Assembly (NCBI GenBank): GCA_951406725.2 | Contig: OX597815.1 | Coordinates: 28,210,001-28,274,000 of the forward strand | Direction of reading: 5' to 3' | Origin: Octopus vulgaris | Taxonomy: Eukaryota | Length of the DNA stretch: 64,000 bases | Shown here: piece by piece, positions 62,818-64,000 of the stretch | How the letters are laid out: each line of letters opens with the position of its first letter | Numbering within the stretch: the first letter of the stretch is position 1 | The notes under the pieces: model-generated | What the model saw: the letters and a program-made list of their open reading frames with translations, nothing else | Told to the model about the DNA's origin: nothing | The model's database searches: none | Made by a program: the position numbers and the translations under genes

Positions 62818-64000
62818 TGAATTCTTTACACACACACACACCAATGCCTCATAGACACATTATTCATCATTTCCAGAAATCTGAAAGGCATGATTGACAT
62901 CAACAGGAGTTGAACCTAGAATTCAAAGAACTGGAATGAACACAGCATGGCATTCTATCCAACAGTCCAACGATTGCCAGTTCACTAACACCATATAGAC
63001 AAAAATGGGTGGGTGGGGAGACTGAAAACAAGCCTTAATGAACACGAGACCATGTTAAAACACTGCCAAGTTCAATTCCAACAGCATCAACAGAATTAGG
63101 TGCCTAATAAAGACAAGTCACAATGACAAGTTTTAATATTAATTACTATGTAAATAAATATCCAAATTTTCTGCATTCTTGAAAAGAATGAAATTTCCTA
63201 TCAAACATTATGATCTTTGCAATTGTCTTTAACCATTGGGTAATTAATGTTTTCCGTCTGACAGTTGATCTAACTCGCTACTTGATATGAATACTTTGTT
63301 TACCACATGGCACCAGAGAAATTGCATCATTTGAAATCTTGACATAAACATTATATGAAACCACAATTCCACATAGTTTAGTATAATATTTGTAGTATTA
63401 ATAACGAACATAGAAATAACTGTCTGAAAAGGAGGAATGGGGAATAAGAAAAAAAGAAAAGAAAGAAAGCAAGGTTGTAAGTTTCACAAAAGAACTGACA
63501 GGTAACAGGTAATTAGGAATAGCAAATTATTTCAAGGTAAAATAGTTCTGGGAGGGTATGTAAGTGCATGTTGATAGGGAATAAATTATAAATATATTGC
63601 CTATTTTCTTTTTCCTGTGTGTGATTCCAATCATTAATTTTATATTTCCTTTGTTTACATTCGGTAGAGGATAGCAAAATAATAAACAAATAAATCTGAT
63701 GGGAGCAGAGACAGTCAAAGAAGTCAAAGGTAATTATGAAAACAAAACACAAACGCAACATAGATATGAAAGAAGCTGCAGAGACGAAGGTTATAATACA
63801 TTTTCTGTCTCTAGCTCAGCTACACTATCATATTACATCATACTTAAAATAAACAATTCTGCATGCGTCTCAGTGATGTGATGACACAGGCCTACAGTTT
63901 TAGATTGTGCTGAAAGAACCAAAGACACATAGAGAATATTTTGGCAGTTGTACCAACATATGACTGACATATCAAATGTCAGATGAAACAAGTTTGGAAT

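Overview
AT-rich, microsatellite-dense, transposon-saturated metazoan DNA with no recognisable host protein-coding gene. The repeat content suggests an intronic or intergenic stretch of an octopus genome (inference from repeat recognition, not a search). It is not prokaryotic, and I see no CRISPR array, rRNA or intact tRNA. Almost all ORF-track entries are spurious microsatellite or repeat read-throughs. The real coding remnants are all from transposable elements: CR1-group LINE C-termini, RTE LINE C-termini, a Hero-like endonuclease, a Penelope-like (PLE) reverse transcriptase and a mariner transposase. Non-coding elements are four tRNA-headed SINE families, many 5'-truncated RTE copies, and mariner, Tc2/pogo, piggyBac and Helentron-type MITEs. 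Three signals stand out. (1) At least five sequence-unrelated small elements carry minimal hammerhead-ribozyme folds, some with non-canonical cores and several arranged as fold-back hairpins. (2) The RTE 3' UTR is a variable-number array of a unit that can fold as a hairpin plus H-type pseudoknot. (3) SINE heads have swapped 3' tails, two of which match LINEs present in this window. Hammerheads in PLEs are known biology; novelty of these particular families is unverified. Boundaries of old repeats are approximate.
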